A DNA stretch of 60,036 nucleotides. Origin: Candidatus Woesearchaeota archaeon. Lineage in GTDB: Archaea; Nanobdellota; Nanobdellia; Pacearchaeales; GW2011-AR1. Made by a program: the position numbers and the translations under genes. Positions within the stretch are counted from its first letter, which is position 1. Each line of letters starts with the position of its first letter. The DNA lies in assembly GCA_964534185.1 (NCBI GenBank), contig CAZHOH010000007.1:1-60036 (forward strand), in the 5' to 3' direction. Positions 7,770 through 17,701 of this stretch are shown one piece after another. Under the pieces are notes generated by a model that worked only from the letters and a program-made list of their open reading frames with translations, did no database searches and was not told where the DNA came from.

Positions 7770-9472
7770 TTCTTATCAGAATTAGGATGTTCGTGTCCTT
7801 CTTTTAGTCTTTCTTTAAGCTCTTTGAGATGTTTTTGTCTTTCGAGCTTGTAAGTGCTTCTTTTTTCCCCATATTTGTTGATTAATTGCGCGGTGTAATC
7901 TCCTCCAAGGAAGTGAGGCAGAATTACATAATCTGCTCCTGCTTCGTAAAGTTTCATTGCTTCTGAAATCTGCCTTGCAGTAAGGATTAAGGTTACTTTT
8001 TCATTTTTCATTCTTATTTTTTCTATTAAAAGAAGATTTGTATCAAGTCCTGGAATTGTTGAGATAATCGCTTTTGACTTTTCTATTTTTAATTCTTCCA
8101 GCAGGTCTGAGTCATCCACATCTCCATAAGTACAATCTACTCCTCTTTCATTTAACATCTGAATTATGTCTGGATTAAAATCTATCACCAAAACTTTTTT
8201 CTTCTTTTTTGCCAGAGTTTTTAGTATTGAAAATCCAATTCTATTGTATCCCAAAAGAATGTAGTCATATTGTTTTGATTTTATGTCTTTTTCTTTTAGT
8301 GACTTTCTTTCTAAAAAGGAGAGTCTTTTTTCAAAGAGAGGATAGATTTTATGCGAATACATAATCATGTATGTTGAGCCGGTAATTGTTATTAATCCCA
8401 CTAGAGTTATTAATGAAAGAATTTCAGAACCGATGTGTCCTACTTTTATTCCAAGAGCTACGAAGATTAGTGAGAATTCACTGATTTGTGCAACAGTGAG
8501 TCCTGCCATGAAGCCTGTTTTTTTGCTGTATCCTAATCTGCCCATCAAAACCATCACTATAAGGGGATTTCCGATTAATACAAATGAAGACATGAGTATT
8601 GCTGGGACAAGGAAAGTTGTTAAATCAGATAGAACAATCTGAGAACCTAAAGCTAAGAAAAATGCAACCATAAAAAAGTCTCTTAGTGGGCGCATCTTGG
8701 AACTTATCTCGTGATTGTAAGGAAACATTGCAAGAGTAACACCTGCGATTAATGCTCCTACTTCGATTGAGAATCCGATATAATGGAATAATGATGCAAG
8801 TCCGAGTCCCCACCCAATTGAGAAAATGAAAAGTAGTTCCTGAGATTTAGCAAAGAAATGACTTAACTTTGGTAGGATATAGATGCTTGTTAAGACTAGT
8901 GCTAAAATTATCAAACCTCCATAAAGTAAGGTTTTTGTTAGCAAGGTAGTCAGGTTTTCTGCAGTTGATGAAGCAGAGATTGCCATAAGAATTAGAATTA
9001 CTACAAGGTCCTGAACAAGAAGGAATCCAATTGAAATTTTTCCATATAATCTTTCCAAGTCTTCTTTGTCTGAGAGAAGTTTCATAATAATAATTGTACT
9101 ACTGAAACACAAAGCAACTGCGATGTATAGAGCAGTTATTGGAGGGAATCCAAAGAAGGAGGCAATTAAGTATCCAAATGTTAGTGTGAAGGCAATCTGT
9201 CCAAGCCCTGTTACTAAAGAGGCTTTACCAACTTCTTTTATTACTTTGGGACTTAAAGACAAACCGACAACGAACAAAAGAAACGCTATTCCGAATTGTG
9301 AGAAAATATCAATTACCTTATTGTCTGAGATTAAATTCAAGAATATTGGACCTGCCAGGATTCCTGCGGCAATGTATGCAATGATAAGAGGTTGTTTGAA
9401 CAATCTTGCTAGAAATGCAATTGCAACTGCTAAAATTATTAAAAGACTAATTTGAACAAAAACGTCTACCAT
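7766..9472 (-). CDS. Kef-type cation:proton antiporter (CPA2) with C-terminal TrkA-N/RCK domain
   Basis: About 12 TM helices, SST, LLVQD, QISEFS; GYNRIG Rossmann motif; AGADYVILP; SD GAGGTG. Confidence 0.93.
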   Translation of the reverse strand: MVDVFVQISLLIILAVAIAFLARLFKQPLIIAYIAAGILAGPIFLNLISDNKVIDIFSQFGIAFLLFVVGLSLSPKVIKEVGKASLVTGLGQIAFTLTFGYLIASFFGFPPITALYIAVALCFSSTIIIMKLLSDKEDLERLYGKISIGFLLVQDLVVILILMAISASSTAENLTTLLTKTLLYGGLIILALVLTSIYILPKLSHFFAKSQELLFIFSIGWGLGLASLFHYIGFSIEVGALIAGVTLAMFPYNHEISSKMRPLRDFFMVAFFLALGSQIVLSDLTTFLVPAILMSSFVLIGNPLIVMVLMGRLGYSKKTGFMAGLTVAQISEFSLIFVALGIKVGHIGSEILSLITLVGLITITGSTYMIMYSHKIYPLFEKRLSFLERKSLKEKDIKSKQYDYILLGYNRIGFSILKTLAKKKKKVLVIDFNPDIIQMLNERGVDCTYGDVDDSDLLEELKIEKSKAIISTIPGLDTNLLLIEKIRMKNEKVTLILTARQISEAMKLYEAGADYVILPHFLGGDYTAQLINKYGEKRSTYKLERQKHLKELKERLKEGHEHPNSDKN

Positions 9473-9515
9473 TTACACCTCTATTTTCTTAATATTTCAA
9501 CATTTAAAAAGTTGG

Positions 9516-10982
9516 TTATTTAAAATTAATTACTTTATTTTCTTTGTAAAAATCAAAAGCGTCTTCTAGTCTTTTTTTTGAGCTTGAGTAGATAGTAATA
9601 ATTTTCTCTCCTTTTTTGATTTTTTCATTTGATTTTTTCCAGAAATAAACTCCTGCTTTTTTGTCGTCTGGTGAACCTGCAATTCTTGCCAAAAGATTTA
9701 GATTTTTATTATTTATTTGCTTTATTTGTTTGTAATTTTTTGCTTTTATGTCTTTTGAGAATTTTGCAAGAGAGAGGTTTTTTAGGTTTCCTTTTTGTGC
9801 TTTTACTATTTTTTTGAATTGTTCAAGAGCTTTTCCTGAAGAAATCAACTCTTCTGCAAGTGCTTCTCCTTTGCCAGGTTTTGCTTTTTTTGTTAATTCG
9901 AGGATTTTTGCTGAAAGAAGTATTGATTTTTCTTTTAGGTCTTTTGGGCCACCTCCTTCAAGGACATTTATTATATCTCGTATTTCAAGGATTGGACCAA
10001 TGCCATTTCCAATTGGACTTTTTGCAGGAGTTAAAATACATTGCAAATTCATCTTAAAAGTTTTAGAAATTTTTTCAAACTTGGTTTTTAGTTCTTTTGC
10101 TTTTTGTTTGTTTACTTTTGCGCCTTTTCCATAAGGGATATCTATGAGGATGTCTGTGCTGCCAACAGAGAGTTTTTTTGCAAGTATTGAGGCTATTAAA
10201 TTTGGTTTAGGGTCTATTTGAATTAGCCTTTCTACCCTTATTATTTTATCATCTGCTGGTGCAAATCCTAGTGAACCGCCCCAAACTAAACATGCTCCTG
10301 TTTCTCTCACTATTTTCTTCATTTCTGTTTTGTTGAATTCAACTTTACAGACTGCTTCCATGACATCAGCAGTTCCTGCTGCAGAAGTAATTGCACGTGA
10401 AGAGTTTTTTGGCATTATTAATCCTGCAGAAGAGCATATTGAAACAACAAGAGGTGTTGTGCGATTTCCTGCTATCCCTCCTATAGAGTGTTTGTCTGCA
10501 ATTTTTTTATATTTTAAATTTAGTTTTTCACCTGTCTCAAAAATTGCTCTTGTCAAATACTCTGTCTCTTTTATAGACATGCCGCATTTGTAAATTGCCG
10601 ATATAAAGAAGGCAATTTCAGTTTCAGTTAAAGCATTTTTAACAATGGCAGAAATTACTTGAGTTATTTCTTTTTGTGAGAGTTTTTTGCAACTTAATTT
10701 TTTGTTGATTATTTTTATTACTCTTGGATTTCTTGCTATTTCTACTCCGATATTTTCTCCTCCTTTTAGTCCCAAGTAGTCTATGACTTCCTGAGATAAA
10801 ACTACTGTGCCTTTTGGAGAAATCTTTTCTGATAAATCTAGAGGAGTTACAATTGATTTAGATTTGTATTTTATTATTATTCTCTCATTTACTCCTGCCC
10901 CTATTTGCTTTGAATCAGATTCATTTATTATTGCAATAGGGCGTCCTGCTGAAAATTTTTTCTTCCTTACCTTTAACCTCAT
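9516..10982 (-). CDS. AMP phosphorylase (thymidine phosphorylase family, archaeal type)
   Basis: DKHSIGGIAGN, SSRAITSAAGTAD, N-terminal double-psi-like extension typical of AMPpase. Confidence 0.92.
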   Translation of the reverse strand: MRLKVRKKKFSAGRPIAIINESDSKQIGAGVNERIIIKYKSKSIVTPLDLSEKISPKGTVVLSQEVIDYLGLKGGENIGVEIARNPRVIKIINKKLSCKKLSQKEITQVISAIVKNALTETEIAFFISAIYKCGMSIKETEYLTRAIFETGEKLNLKYKKIADKHSIGGIAGNRTTPLVVSICSSAGLIMPKNSSRAITSAAGTADVMEAVCKVEFNKTEMKKIVRETGACLVWGGSLGFAPADDKIIRVERLIQIDPKPNLIASILAKKLSVGSTDILIDIPYGKGAKVNKQKAKELKTKFEKISKTFKMNLQCILTPAKSPIGNGIGPILEIRDIINVLEGGGPKDLKEKSILLSAKILELTKKAKPGKGEALAEELISSGKALEQFKKIVKAQKGNLKNLSLAKFSKDIKAKNYKQIKQINNKNLNLLARIAGSPDDKKAGVYFWKKSNEKIKKGEKIITIYSSSKKRLEDAFDFYKENKVINFK

Positions 10983-10983
10983 T

Positions 10984-12012
10984 TTAAGATGCTGTCTTTT
11001 TAGTATTGTATTCTATGTAAATTTCAAATAGAACTAAAAGATAAGCTACTATAAGTGGTCCAAGGATTAATCCGAAAATTCCGAATGCCAACATTCCCCC
11101 GATTATTCCGAAAAGGGTTAGGGAGGTTGGGATCTTTGATTTTTTAGAGACAAAAATTGGATGAGATAAATTTTCAAATAGAGTTACAAAAATTCCGCAA
11201 TAAACCAGTAAGAAAAATCCGGCAATTGTGTTTCCGGTTATGAGCAAGCCCCCTACAACTGGAATCCACACTGCCCAAGGGCCGATTATTGGGATTATGC
11301 TTACGATAATAGCGATAAAAGTAAGAAGTAATGCGTTAGGGACACCTGCTATGAAAAAACCAATTCCTGCAAGAAGTCCTGTTAAAATACCAATTATTAT
11401 CCTTCCAAAAACTACAGAGTAGGTTACTTGTTTTGATTTTTCGACAAACCTAGTTGTGATATTTCTGCTGAATGGTAAAGAACTTTTCATAATTTCAATT
11501 ATCTTTTCACCATCTCTTAATCCATAGAACATAGCGATTATTACAACGATTGATTTAAGAACCAAGGCTCCAAAATTAGATATTAGGTTTGAGAAAGATT
11601 GTAAGGTTGTGTTTGTCAGTGTTGAGACAAAAGTATTATATGCTGCTACATAATTTGCTTTGCTTTGAGGGGTTGTTAATAAGAAAGAAAGATTTTCTTC
11701 TAAGAATGATCCAAAATCCCACGACTGTAAGGTGATATATATATTAAAAATCTGGCTTGTCAGCATAGGCAAGAAGAACCAAATTGCTCCAAGCAAAATT
11801 ACAAGAACTGCTGAACAAGTGATTCCAGATGTTAGTGTTGGATTTTTTATCTTTTTTTGTAAGAGATTATTTACGGGATAAAAAGAATATGCAAGTATTA
11901 ATCCAAATATCAGAGAAAGGAAAATAGGTTTTATTAAAAAGTATGAAAAGACAAGGATTATTAAAATAAAGATAGAGGCTATTAGCTGTTTGAGAGTGGT
12001 TTCATTGAACAT
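10984..12012 (-). CDS. AI-2E family (PerM) transporter
   Basis: IPIIGPWAVWIP, ENLSHP, GGMLAFGIFGLILGP; start 12012 by promoter spacing. Confidence 0.9.
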   Translation of the reverse strand: MFNETTLKQLIASIFILIILVFSYFLIKPIFLSLIFGLILAYSFYPVNNLLQKKIKNPTLTSGITCSAVLVILLGAIWFFLPMLTSQIFNIYITLQSWDFGSFLEENLSFLLTTPQSKANYVAAYNTFVSTLTNTTLQSFSNLISNFGALVLKSIVVIIAMFYGLRDGEKIIEIMKSSLPFSRNITTRFVEKSKQVTYSVVFGRIIIGILTGLLAGIGFFIAGVPNALLLTFIAIIVSIIPIIGPWAVWIPVVGGLLITGNTIAGFFLLVYCGIFVTLFENLSHPIFVSKKSKIPTSLTLFGIIGGMLAFGIFGLILGPLIVAYLLVLFEIYIEYNTKKTAS

Positions 12013-12096
12013 AATAAAAAATATGCTTTCGAGTATATAAAATTTTGTAATGAACAGAACCATAATGTTTATAAGTTTTTTATTTGATTAATTAAA

Positions 12097-12801
12097 ATGG
12101 ATACATTTGTTAGGAAAATTTTTGAAGGGAGGGTTGATGAAAGAGTGCATATGCAGTTTCAAAAATTCAGTAAGGGAGTTTTTAAGAATAGGGCAGTAGT
12201 GAGTGCGAGTAAAACATCTAAAGGATATAATATTGGGACTTCTCATGAATATGGCAATGATCTTGTAATAGAGGTTGCTAAAAAATTGAAAGATGGAGAG
12301 AGTGTTAAAGTTACTGGAGCAATAGTTTGTACAATGGATTTAGATGGGGAGATTAAGTTTGAGGATAAAAAGCAGTTTCAGGGTGTTAAAAGATATTTGA
12401 TTAATAGTGAGATGGCAAAAGAGAAAATAATTGGGTTGTGTGAGCGGTTTCCAAAAGCATTTATTGCTTTGTCTTTTTCTGTAGGAGATACTGAGTTAAA
12501 AATAAAGCCGAAAGCTCCTAAATCTGGTAAACCTGCGACTTCAGGTGATAAAGAAATTAAGGGGGATTTTTGTAAGATTAAGACAAAGGATTTGGAAATT
12601 GTGAAAGCGTTTTTATTTGATATTGGAGAATTTAAAAAAGTTAATATAAATCATGAATTTTTTATTGAAGAATTAGAGATTCCAAAAGACGAAACAGATC
12701 CTGTTAAGATGAGAGAGAATACAGTTAGGAAGGGAAGGATTGTAAGGAAGATTAAGGCGGATGGAGAGGATAAAGTGAGTGAAAAATATTTTGAAGCATA
12801 A
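12097..12801 (+). CDS. Hypothetical basic protein upstream of the ribosomal cluster
   Basis: 234-aa ORF with own TATA at 12068-12075; no family recognised. Confidence 0.8.
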   Translation: MDTFVRKIFEGRVDERVHMQFQKFSKGVFKNRAVVSASKTSKGYNIGTSHEYGNDLVIEVAKKLKDGESVKVTGAIVCTMDLDGEIKFEDKKQFQGVKRYLINSEMAKEKIIGLCERFPKAFIALSFSVGDTELKIKPKAPKSGKPATSGDKEIKGDFCKIKTKDLEIVKAFLFDIGEFKKVNINHEFFIEELEIPKDETDPVKMRENTVRKGRIVRKIKADGEDKVSEKYFEA

Positions 12802-12867
12802 CTTTATAAATGAACATTTTCTGAATAAAATATCATTAAACATGGTAATTAAAATCGCGTTTTCACC

Positions 12868-13824
12868 ATGGGAAAAACATCAAGACCTCGAAGAGGAAGT
12901 TTGCAGTATTGGCCAAGAAAGAGAGCCAACAAGATTTTGCCTAGTGTGAACTGGAAAGGCATTTTAAAGTATAATTCTGATAAAAAATTAATGGGATTTA
13001 TTGGCTACAAAGTTGGTATGGCAAGTGCTTATGTTAAAGATGAGACACCTGATTCTATGACAAAAAGTAAAAGGGTTACTATTCCTGTGACAATTGTTGA
13101 GTGTCCTCCAGTGAAAATTCTTTCTATTCGTTTTTACAAAAATAATTTGGTTGTTTCTGAGGTTTTATCGCAAAATCTTGATAAAGTGCTCAAGAAGAAA
13201 ACAAGGTTACCAAAAAATGTTTCTAAAAATATTGGAGGTGTTAAAGATTATGATGATATAAAGATTATTGTTTATTCTGATGTTCAAAAAACAAATATTA
13301 AAAAGACTCCTGATGTTGCTGAAATTGGGCTTGGAGGGAGGGTTGAAGAAAAACTTGCTTTTGTTAAAGAGAATCTTGATAAAGAGTTGAGAGTGGGTGA
13401 TTTTTTTGAAAAGATGCAGTTAGTTGATATTAGAGGAGTTACAAAAGGCAAGGGTTTGCAGGGGCCTGTTAAAAGATTTGGACTTGGGTTGAAATCGCAT
13501 AAATCAGAAAAGGGAGTGAGAGGGGCTGGAAGTCTTGGGCCTTGGCATCCTGCACGAGTAACTTTCAGAGCTCCGATGGCGGGACAGTTAGGGATGTTTA
13601 CAAGAGTTTCTTATAATAGCAAATTAGTTGATGTCGGCAATATAAAAGAAAAAGATATTAATAAAAAAGGAGGATTTAATAATTTTGGGAAAATCAATAC
13701 TGATTACTTGGTTGTTAGGGGCAGTTTGCAGGGACCTGTTAAAAGGCAAGTTGTTATAACACAACCATTAAGGATTAGAAAATATCAAGAGAAGAAAAAT
13801 TTTGAGTTAATCGATTTAAGATGA
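12868..13824 (+). CDS. rpl3: 50S ribosomal protein L3
   Basis: PRRGSLQYWPRKR, GYKVGM, TKGKG.QGPVKR, GSLGPWHP. Confidence 0.98.
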   Translation: MGKTSRPRRGSLQYWPRKRANKILPSVNWKGILKYNSDKKLMGFIGYKVGMASAYVKDETPDSMTKSKRVTIPVTIVECPPVKILSIRFYKNNLVVSEVLSQNLDKVLKKKTRLPKNVSKNIGGVKDYDDIKIIVYSDVQKTNIKKTPDVAEIGLGGRVEEKLAFVKENLDKELRVGDFFEKMQLVDIRGVTKGKGLQGPVKRFGLGLKSHKSEKGVRGAGSLGPWHPARVTFRAPMAGQLGMFTRVSYNSKLVDVGNIKEKDINKKGGFNNFGKINTDYLVVRGSLQGPVKRQVVITQPLRIRKYQEKKNFELIDLR

Positions 13825-14606
13825 AAGCGCAAGTATTATCTGTTAAAGGAGAAAAATTGAAAGAAGTAGAATTGCCGAGTATTTTTTCTGAAAAAATTAG
13901 AGATGATATCCTTAAGAGAGCATTTGAAACAGAAAAAATCTGGCAACCCTATGGTTCAAATCCTAAAGCAGGCAGAAGGCATTCGGCTTCGGGAATTATT
14001 CGTCATTTGAGGCATGTCTGGAAATCAGGATATGGACAAGGGAGATCAAGAATTCCTCGTAAAATTATGTGGAGGAGAGGAAGCCAGTTTTATTGGATTG
14101 GAGCTGAAGTTTCAAGCACAAGAGGTGGAAGAAGAGCTCATCCACCAAAAGTTGTAGGAACTTTAAAAATAAAAAGGTTGAATAAAAAAGAGTTTTTGAA
14201 AGCTCTTAAATCTGCAATTGCTTCTACTACAAAAATAAATTATGTTAAAGAAAGATATCCTAAATTAAAAGAGGTTAAAGAGATTAATCTTCCAATAATT
14301 GCTGAATCAAAAATTACAGAATTAAAATCAAAAGAATTTACAGATTTTGTTGAAAGATCTTTGGGAGAAGCTAAAGACATTGCAGTTATAAATAAAAAGG
14401 TAAGAGCAGGCAAAGGAAAATCGAGGAATAGGAAGTATAAGTATTCTCGAGGTATTCTTGTGGTGATAGGAAAGGAAGAAGAGATGAAGATTAAGTCTAT
14501 TGAAAATAAAAAAGCTAGGGAATTGACAATAAGCGACTTGTATCCTGCAGGAAGGCTTGTGATTTATACTGAAGGAGCAATTAAAGACTTGGAGACATTA
14601 AAATGA
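13821..14606 (+). CDS. rpl4: 50S ribosomal protein L4
   Basis: GYGQGRSRIPR, GGRRAHPPK, VRAGKGK. Confidence 0.97.
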   Translation: MKAQVLSVKGEKLKEVELPSIFSEKIRDDILKRAFETEKIWQPYGSNPKAGRRHSASGIIRHLRHVWKSGYGQGRSRIPRKIMWRRGSQFYWIGAEVSSTRGGRRAHPPKVVGTLKIKRLNKKEFLKALKSAIASTTKINYVKERYPKLKEVKEINLPIIAESKITELKSKEFTDFVERSLGEAKDIAVINKKVRAGKGKSRNRKYKYSRGILVVIGKEEEMKIKSIENKKARELTISDLYPAGRLVIYTEGAIKDLETLK

Positions 14607-14845
14607 TAAGAAAACCTAAATCAACAGAAAAAGCAATTAGAATAATTGAAATAGATAATACCTTGGTTTTTGAAGTAGATAAAAAAGATAAAAAAGAAGA
14701 AATAAAAAAGGAACTTGAAGATATGTTCAAAATAAAAGTTGAGAAAGTGAATGTTTTAACTCGAGGGAATAAAAAAATTGTTTACATTAAATTAAATAAA
14801 AAGAACCCTGCAATTGATATTGCAACTAAGTTGGGAATGATATAA
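14603..14845 (+). CDS. rpl23: 50S ribosomal protein L23
   Basis: TEKA, NTLVFEV, VEKVN, AIDIATKLGMI. Confidence 0.96.
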   Translation: MIRKPKSTEKAIRIIEIDNTLVFEVDKKDKKEEIKKELEDMFKIKVEKVNVLTRGNKKIVYIKLNKKNPAIDIATKLGMI

Positions 14846-15558
14846 TGGGAAAAAGAATTATTTCACAGGCGCGTGGGCATGGAAGTTCTACTTATAGAGT
14901 TAGAAAAAGAGCATTTAGACATAAGATAGGTTATCCCCTTATTGAAGGCAATGGAACAGTTGTGAAACTGTTAAGTTCTGCAGGACATAGTGCGCCTTTG
15001 GCAAAAATAAATGTTGATGATAGGATTTTTTATAATCTTGCTCCTGAAAATATGTATGTTGGGCAGACAATTAAACTTGGAAGAGATTCAAATGTTGGAA
15101 GTATTATGAGCTTGAAGGATGTTCCAATCAAGACTCAAATTTATAATATTGAATCAAGACCTAATGATGGCGGAAAGTTTATTAGAGGAGCAGGCTCTTC
15201 TGCAACAGTTATTAGAAAAGAGCCGGGAAAGGTTGTTGTTTTAATGCCTTCAAAAAAGGAAAAAACATTTAATGACAGATGCAGAGCAAGTATTGGAGTT
15301 ATTGCTGGCGGGGGGCGTGGAGATAAGCCTATTGTAAAGGCAGGAAAAAAGTATTATATTATGAAGGCGAAAAGCAAATTATGGCCCAGAACTTCAGCAT
15401 TGAAGATGAATGCTATTGACCATCCATTTGGTTCTGGTAGAGGAAAGAATCTTTCTCATGGAAGACTTGGTAAAATTCCAAGGAGGAATGCGCCTCCAGG
15501 AGCTAAGGTAGGTTCTGTGAGAGCAAAGAAAACAGGAAGGAAAAAAGGTAAGAAGTAA
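14845..15558 (+). CDS. rpl2: 50S ribosomal protein L2
   Basis: MGKRIISQARG, KP.VKAG, MNAIDHPFG, APPGAKVG. Confidence 0.98.
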   Translation: MGKRIISQARGHGSSTYRVRKRAFRHKIGYPLIEGNGTVVKLLSSAGHSAPLAKINVDDRIFYNLAPENMYVGQTIKLGRDSNVGSIMSLKDVPIKTQIYNIESRPNDGGKFIRGAGSSATVIRKEPGKVVVLMPSKKEKTFNDRCRASIGVIAGGGRGDKPIVKAGKKYYIMKAKSKLWPRTSALKMNAIDHPFGSGRGKNLSHGRLGKIPRRNAPPGAKVGSVRAKKTGRKKGKK

Positions 15559-15559
15559 A

Positions 15560-15976
15560 ATGGCAGAAGGAGAAAAAGTTAGGATTGAAAGAAGAAAAGA
15601 ATTTCTTTATAGAGGAAAATCTCTTGAAGAATTGAAAAAACTTGATGTAAGAGAATTTGCTAAATTTATTCCTTCTAGAGAAAGAAGGACTTTGCTTAGG
15701 AATACTGAAAAGATTGAAAACTTTTTGTTAAAATGTAGGAAGAAATCTGACAAGAATAAACCGATTAAAACTCATGACAGAAATATAATTATTGTCCCTC
15801 AAATGGTTGGACTTGAACTTCAGGTTTATAATGGGCAGGTATTTGAGAGAGTCTCTGTTGTTTCTGAGATGTTGGGACATAGGCTTGGAGAGTTTGCACT
15901 TACAAGAAGACAAGTTAAACATGGGACAGCAGGTATTGGAGCTACAAGAAGTTCTGCTTCAAGGAGTGTAAAATAA
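15560..15976 (+). CDS. rps19: 30S ribosomal protein S19
   Basis: FLYRGKSLEEL, KTHDR, MLGHRLGEF, GATRSS. Confidence 0.97.
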   Translation: MAEGEKVRIERRKEFLYRGKSLEELKKLDVREFAKFIPSRERRTLLRNTEKIENFLLKCRKKSDKNKPIKTHDRNIIIVPQMVGLELQVYNGQVFERVSVVSEMLGHRLGEFALTRRQVKHGTAGIGATRSSASRSVK

Positions 15977-16600
15977 ATGGTTGATGAAAAAGAAAAGAAT
16001 TTGAAACAAGAAGAAAGTCAGAAAGCTGAAGTTAAAGAAATAGCTGAGCCTGTTAAGAAAGAAGTTGAAAAAAATAATGAGAGTTCTAAGAAAGAGAGCA
16101 TAAAAAAAGAGGGAGAGGTTAAAGCGGATGTTGAGAAAGAGAGTGAGAAGAAATCTCAGGAAAAAGAGAGTTTAAAACAAACTCATAAGGTGAAAAAGCC
16201 TGTTGTGAAAAAAGACCATGCAAAGGTTTATGGTAGGGCGCTTCCTATTTCGCTGAAATATTCTATCGCTATTGGCAAGTTTATTAGAGGAAAGAAAGTC
16301 GAAAGTGCTATTGAAGATTTAGAGCTTGTTCTTAAAAAGAAAAAAGTTATTCCCTTTGAGGGAGAGATAGCTCACAAGAAGGGCAAGAGGATGATGGGTG
16401 GAAAATATCCTGTTAATGCTTCTAAGGAATTTATTAAATTGTTGAAGAGCTTATCTGCAAATGCTACTTTTAATGGATTGGATTTGGATAAAGCAATAAT
16501 CTTTGAGGTTATTCCAAATAAGGCACCTGAACAAAGACATAGATTTGGTAGAACTAAATTTAAAAGAACACATGTTTCAATAATTTCAAAGGAGAAATAA
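15977..16600 (+). CDS. rpl22: 50S ribosomal protein L22 with long charged N-terminal extension
   Basis: ISLKYS, IRGKKV, GKYPVNAS, NA..NGLD, RTHV. Confidence 0.93.
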   Translation: MVDEKEKNLKQEESQKAEVKEIAEPVKKEVEKNNESSKKESIKKEGEVKADVEKESEKKSQEKESLKQTHKVKKPVVKKDHAKVYGRALPISLKYSIAIGKFIRGKKVESAIEDLELVLKKKKVIPFEGEIAHKKGKRMMGGKYPVNASKEFIKLLKSLSANATFNGLDLDKAIIFEVIPNKAPEQRHRFGRTKFKRTHVSIISKEK

Positions 16601-17226
16601 TGGAAGAAAGAAAATTTGTGATGTTGAAGAAAGAAGAATTTAAGATAAAAGAATTTGTAAAAGAATATCTTGGAAAAGGAAGGGCTAGCAAAGTAACTAT
16701 TGAGTATACTCCTGTTGGAGAAAAAATAATTGTTTCGACAAGTAAACCAGGTTTAATAATTGGGAGAGGCGGTGAAAGAATTGATAATTTGACAAGTGTT
16801 TTGAAAAAAAGATTTAAGTTTGAAAACCCCCATATTGAGATTAAAGAAATTGAAAACAGGGTTTTAGATGCCCAGTCTGTTGCTGATGATATTGCAGTTA
16901 ATATTGAAAACAGGGGCTCTTTAAAATTTAAGTTGGTTGCATATAGAATGTTAAAGCAGATTGTTAATTCAGGTGCCTTAGGTGTTGAAATAAAATTATC
17001 TGGGAAACTACCAAGTGCTAGGGCAAGGACATGGAGATTTCAGAAAGGATATCTTAAAAAGGTGGGGGACAGTGCAAAAGTTGTTGATAAGGCGACTGCT
17101 GTTGCTCAAACAAAATCAGGGACCGTGGGGATTGCAGTCGATATACTTCATCCAGATGCAAGAATACATGATAATATTGTAATTAAAAGAACTGAAGTTA
17201 AGGAGGATGGAAATGACAAAGTTTAA
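16600..17226 (+). CDS. rps3: 30S ribosomal protein S3
   Basis: KH domain KPGLIIGRGG; GALGVEIKLSGKL. Confidence 0.97.
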   Translation: MEERKFVMLKKEEFKIKEFVKEYLGKGRASKVTIEYTPVGEKIIVSTSKPGLIIGRGGERIDNLTSVLKKRFKFENPHIEIKEIENRVLDAQSVADDIAVNIENRGSLKFKLVAYRMLKQIVNSGALGVEIKLSGKLPSARARTWRFQKGYLKKVGDSAKVVDKATAVAQTKSGTVGIAVDILHPDARIHDNIVIKRTEVKEDGNDKV

Positions 17227-17386
17227 AGAACTATCCAAGTTATCAAAATCAGATGTTGATAAAAGGCTTAAAGATTTGAGGAGAGATCTTGTGAAGGCTA
17301 AAGTTACAGTAAGCAAAGGTGGGAAAGTTAAGATTAGAGAGATTAAAAAAAATATATCAAGATTATTGATGCTCAAAAATTCATAA
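17213..17386 (+). CDS. rpl29: 50S ribosomal protein L29 (57 aa, absent from the ORF track)
   Basis: Hand translation MTKFKELSKLSKSDVDKRLKDLRRDLVKAK...KIREIKKNISRLL; SD GGAGG; position after S3. Confidence 0.92.
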   Translation: MTKFKELSKLSKSDVDKRLKDLRRDLVKAKVTVSKGGKVKIREIKKNISRLLMLKNS

Positions 17387-17387
17387 T

Positions 17388-17690
17388 ATGGAAATAGATC
17401 CAATAACAGGGTTGCCGGTTGAAGCTATGGCTTGGGAAGACCTTGCTAAGAGTGAACAACGTATCCATGTGACCACATCCAAAAGAAAATTTGGTAAGCT
17501 CTCGACTCTGATATCGGGCTTTGATAAAGGCATAGATATCAAGAAAATAGCAAAAGAGTTAAAAGCAGAGCTTGGTTGCGGTGGAACAGTGAAAAATGGG
17601 ACCATTGAACTTCAAGGGGATCACAGGAAGAAGATAAAAAGTCTTCTTGTGGCTCGGGGGTTTAATGAAGAGTCCATAGTGGGCGAATAA
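17388..17690 (+). CDS. sui1: Translation initiation factor aIF-1 (SUI1/YciH)
   Basis: DPITGLP, ELGCGGTVK, IELQGDH. Confidence 0.96.
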   Translation: MEIDPITGLPVEAMAWEDLAKSEQRIHVTTSKRKFGKLSTLISGFDKGIDIKKIAKELKAELGCGGTVKNGTIELQGDHRKKIKSLLVARGFNEESIVGE

Positions 17691-17701
17691 CGGAGAAAAA
17701 A

